DNA of 64,000 nt from Oikopleura dioica (Eukaryota; Animalia; Chordata), in assembly GCA_907165135.1 (NCBI GenBank), contig OU015570.1, forward strand, positions 62,001 to 126,000, read 5' to 3'. Within the stretch, counting starts at the first letter, position 1; each line of letters starts with the position of its first letter. The notes under the pieces were generated by a model. That model did not search any database. It saw nothing but the letters and a program-made list of their open reading frames with translations, and was not told the origin of the DNA. Position numbers and translations under genes: made by a program. Below, one piece after another: positions 59,912 through 64,000 of the stretch.

Positions 59912-62057
59912 GGTTTGTCCTCGCCTGGTCCAAATCCTCGCCTGGTCCAAATCCTGCCTGGTCCAAATCCTTGCCTGGTCCAAAATTGAAAATGGACCAG
60001 GTAAGGAAATTGGACCAGGTAAGGATTTGGACCAGGCGAGGAATTTTAATTTGAAAAATTTTGAAAACAAAAAATGAGTAACCAGACCAAAACAAATTTT
60101 TCTTGACCCCCATCCGAGACAAAAATTTAAAATTCTGAAAAATTTTGAATTAAATTTCCGTTTTTTCAAAATGTTCTTATAAGTTTTCCCCCTTCGAGAA
60201 TTTTTTTTGAGAGAAGTATTTGAATTCTTTTTAGATTTATAAAGATAACAATAATTTTAAGGCTAAATTGGAGCCAAAAAAGATGATTTATTCCTAAGAA
60301 AATGGTCACGTGGGAAATTTTTCAAAAAAAAAAATATTTTTTCTTGGACTAAAAAGTAGTCCCTGGTGTACCTTATCAGATTTGGGCTGAAAGAACAACA
60401 AAAATTGATGACCAAAAATAACCATTCTGACTTCAGCGGGAACAGTAAAAACGCCTGGTCTGGGACGGCGTGTGCCTTTGATCTTTAAACGGCCCGACCG
60501 TCCCAAACCAGGCGTATTTTTGACCGTCCCAGACCAGGCGTTTTTATTGTACCTAATTTTAAGCCTTCAAGGCTTATATTAAGGGATCCTCCCTGTTTCT
60601 TCAACTCTGTGATAAGGGTCCATGTTTGACATTTTTAGATTCTCCGTTTTCTGAGGATCATTTTGAAGTGTCACAAGACCCCCTTACAAACATCTTTCCC
60701 CGAGATCTTGGCCTTCAAAAGTTGCAAAAATGAATATAAAATGTACTAAGCGTGAAAATCGGATTTTTTCGGTTTTTAATGACATCTAAATATGCCATAT
60801 AAGGGGTCTTTCGAAAGCTTACCGAATCTGCCAATTTAGAAAATAATAACCGCATTAGAAATTTTTGCCCATTGGCGCTAAAAAGCAATGAAAGACCAAA
60901 AAATGCCAAAAATGGATAAAAATAGTTGTTCAAAAGAAATTTTCTAAGCCCGAATCGGCTGAATTTCTATTCAAAAATTGCCTAAAATGGCGTTTTTCGA
61001 ATTTCTTGAGTTTTCCCTACCTCATAGAGGTAGGTTTGCCTTGAGCAAAATATATCTCTGTACTAGAGAATAACAGATAGCACACCAGCTTTCAAAAGAG
61101 CTATTGAACGTCCCGATTCATAAGCCCAAATCGGCTGAATTTCGAGTCAAAGATGGCCAAAACGGGGGAACCCTTTAGGCTTTATCAGGCTCTGAGCTTT
61201 CAGAAATCTTAGTGCAAACCCGTTTTTGGCCATCTGGGGCGCTAAAAATTGGGTTGAAAACTGGAAATTCCGGAAAACTCGACGAGCTGGCCTTTTCAGA
61301 GGTCATTGAGCTGAGCTGAGCGTACCCTAATTAGAGCTGAGCTGAGCCGTTTTTAACTGTGCTTTTAGTAGTCAAATTGTGTTATAAATTATAACTTATA
61401 ATCATTCAGCTAAGCTAAGTGATAATTGTCTGAGCTGAGCAGATCAGATCATTTTCAAGAATCCTTGTCGAGCAACTGCTGGCTCAGCTCACTCAGCTCA
61501 GCTAAGCAAATTTGCTTCTAGGTTTTCTTAAACTGTATCATATAACCCCCCAACTTAGAAAACCGGACTTTCGGCCATTATAAAAAGTCAGCTGAATGGT
61601 GATGCAAGAGAAAAGTTTTCTACAAACGAGTAGAGCTTCTTGTCTAGGATGGGACCAGAAAAAATCTCACAAAATCTAAAGATTTTTGAAGTTCCTTCAA
61701 AAGGATTTTTTTTGTCGATTCGCGACATTTCCCCATTATTTTCTTATTTATCAAGTGAAACTTATAAGAACATTTTAAATGTTTATAATAATTTAATAAA
61801 AAAACGGAAATTTAATTTTAAATTTTTCAAAATTTCAAATTTTTTGTCTCGGAGGGGAGTCAAGAAGAAATTTGTTTTGGTCTGGTTACTCATTTTTTGT
61901 TTTCAAAAATTTTTAAAATTCAGATTCCTCGCCTGGTCCAAATCCTTACCTGGTCCAAATCCTCGCCTGATCCATTTTCGATTTTGGACCAGGTAAGGAA
62001 TTTGGACCAGGTATGGATTTGGACCAGGCAAGGATTTGGACCAGGCGAGGACAAACC
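59912..62057. mobile_element. Foldback composite, family C, second insertion
   Basis: 9-bp TSD TAAAAAACT (59903-59911, 62058-62066); empty site at 46308-46316; cargo is longer than and partly different from 30220-31711. Confidence 0.93.
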
Positions 62058-63039
62058 TAAAAAACTGTATGGAGATAATCTATTTTTCCCGGGCAATGCT
62101 TTTCTTTCATCGGTATAGTAAACAAGTACCCAGAAGTTCAATCCCGGGTTCAAAATTTCGAAAAAGTTCATCTTCCGGTAACTAGAGAGCATCAAAGTTC
62201 AAAAAATCAGTTTTTCTAAGAACAATATTTTCTTATTGTAACCATGCGAATGTACTATTCCGACCTTAAAAACTCGATTTTAAGATAAAAGTTTGAAAAC
62301 AAAGATGCTCTTAATGCGGGGGTTAGAGTCTGGAGAGGGCCATTTACGGCATTATTGGGGACCAATAATGAGAATTTTCAAAAATCATTTTTTCAATTTA
62401 CAACCTAACCCTAAGCCTAACCCTAACCCTAACCTTGGGGAATGATTAAAATATCATCAAAAATATCAACCTACGCGTTCTTTAAGCGTAATATTCTTAA
62501 ATAAAGCGGAGGACCTTTGCTCATGTCTTCCACCAGAAGAGGACCCTCTTCTTGGAAAAAGAGTTTATCCCTTCTCTAGAAGCGTAGGTTAATATTTTTG
62601 ATGATTTTTCTCCAATCCCCAGAGATTCGAATGCACTCTTTCAGAAACTGGTGACCTAACATCACTGTAACCTTACTGTAAGGTGTGAAAGGCTTGACAA
62701 AATTTAATGCATTTTTCAAATCTTCATTTTCCATACCAATTGCGATTTTTGGTCTTCAGACCCGCCTTCAATCCCAACTCTCCATCATAAATAGAAAAAA
62801 ATCTCCGAAAATTTCCGCTTGGTGGGGGTGTAATTCTCTCATTTTTTGCCTAAGAAAATATTTCGTAGCGAATTTCCTCATAAAGAGTCATGGGCGGCTC
62901 CGGGCAAGAGTGATCTCCCCTCCGAGAGAGGGATAGTAGTATATAGCGTAGCTGGGGTCCTTGTGCAGAGGCCTCTTCGCTATTGGCTTAAAAATTTTGG
63001 CGCGCGATTCAAATTTGTGCACTAGAAATGTAATTTCTC

Positions 63040-63750
63040 AATTCAGGTAAAAAATGTTCTCTAAACCTATCATTACCCATGTGCTCATAAATTGGGTGAC
63101 TATCAACTCTCATCTTTTCAATTTTTGCAAATTAAATTTATTCATTTTTTCAGAACTCGTCTTTATGGTCTTTGGCTCTTTGGCTCGCTTTTCCAGATTC
63201 TGTCTTGTAGTAAGTGTTAAAACAAGTGTATATGCTTTATCACCCTTTTCTAGAGCTGAGAACTTCTTCTGCTAATTCTCGGATGACGATTTTATGGTTT
63301 GCGACTGGCATCTTTAATTTCGGGGCTAATCAGGTAATTATTCAGCGCGTAACTTACTTGATTATCGATTCGTTGCGCTCCAATTGATTTCACTTTCAGC
63401 ATAAAAGAACTCGGCTGCAGAGCGATTCACAACATTTGCTAAAATGACTTCGTGAAAAATAGAGGAATTTTTATGCTAGAAATATAAAATGACTTCGCGT
63501 AATCTAGCATCATTCTTGAGATAAAAATCAGATGAAATGAACTCGTAACCAATTTGACCGTTGCTATATTAAATAAAAGATAATTTTTATAAAATGATTC
63601 ACCATTTCACAAGCGCTAATTCCACAAAGAAGAATTTTTTCAGAAAGCTACAATGAAAATTTTCAAAAGAGGACTACAATCAAGTAAGTACAGCATCTTT
63701 CCGAATACAGACTCATCATATTTTAAGTAAAATGCAGCGACTGATGCAGG
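63040..63750 (+). other. Intron-containing gene or pseudogene fragment, product unknown
   Basis: GTAAGT..AG introns of 44 nt at 63210-63253 and 63684-63727, and a 66-nt GTAATT..TTTCAG intron at 63334-63399. The reading frame is ambiguous. Confidence 0.5.
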
Positions 63751-64000
63751 GGTCTGGATTCGCTTTGCGAATTCGCTCATGAGCGTAGCGAAGCAGAGCG
63801 AAGCGAAGTCGCTTCGCTTTCGCTTTTGAAATTTCAATTCGCTTCGCTTCGCTTTCGCTTTTTACCAAAAATTTTCGCAAAAATTTCGCTCTTAACAAAT
63901 CGTTCTAAGAATTGAATATTTTGTTATTTTCATCTGCTTTAGCGAAAGCTTTACTGAGAATTTTGCTTATTGAACTTAATTTGCACTATTCAGAGTTTTG

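Larger units (their letters stand above)
56549..62934. repeat. Direct segmental duplication, copy 2
   Basis: Matches 43545-47193 apart from two insertions. Confidence 0.92.

Noticed and set aside
63254-63450. TGA=Trp reading giving a membrane-protein-like peptide
   Set aside because: All three frames look plausible here, and nothing else in the window supports TGA recoding.
1-64000. Bacterial, phage or organellar origin; rRNA or intact tRNA genes
   Set aside because: Low coding density, spliceosomal introns, eukaryotic TE superfamilies and myosin argue against it, and I recognised no rRNA or foldable tRNA.

Overview
AT-rich eukaryotic DNA made almost entirely of nested transposons and recent segmental duplications. 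I find no intact host gene, rRNA, CRISPR or prokaryotic feature. Three clues point (by inference) to a compact-genome chordate, most likely a larvacean tunicate: a chordate-type sarcomeric myosin heavy chain fragment ([18 protein letters not shown]...[11 protein letters not shown]), 44-nt GTAAGT..AG introns and short (TTAGGG)n tracts. Large-scale structure: an inverted duplication (1891-6027 vs 27184-32160), direct duplications (11077-14509 vs 20398-23844; 43545-47193 vs 56549-62934) and a ~10.8-kb palindrome (32231-43082) centred on a foldback-transposon repeat module. Many elements have exact TSDs, and several have an empty site elsewhere in the window (hAT 8 bp, Mutator/foldback 9 bp, Tc1/pogo TA, piggyBac/Kolobok-type TTAA, LTR 4 bp). 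Removing these insertions by hand rebuilds several hidden reading frames: an LTR-retrotransposon gag-protease, a second capsid-only Gag, three pogo-type transposase pieces, a soluble plus multi-pass membrane ORF pair, and a SAP-like/acidic/PIP-box protein. These frames share a pattern: the interrupting in-frame stops are overwhelmingly TAA/TAG at positions where Gln reads naturally. This suggests either UAR recoding or strongly C-to-T-biased decay. Homopolymer lengths differ between repeat copies, so many single-base frameshifts may be long-read errors. Most ORFs in the supplied track are spurious products of repeats.
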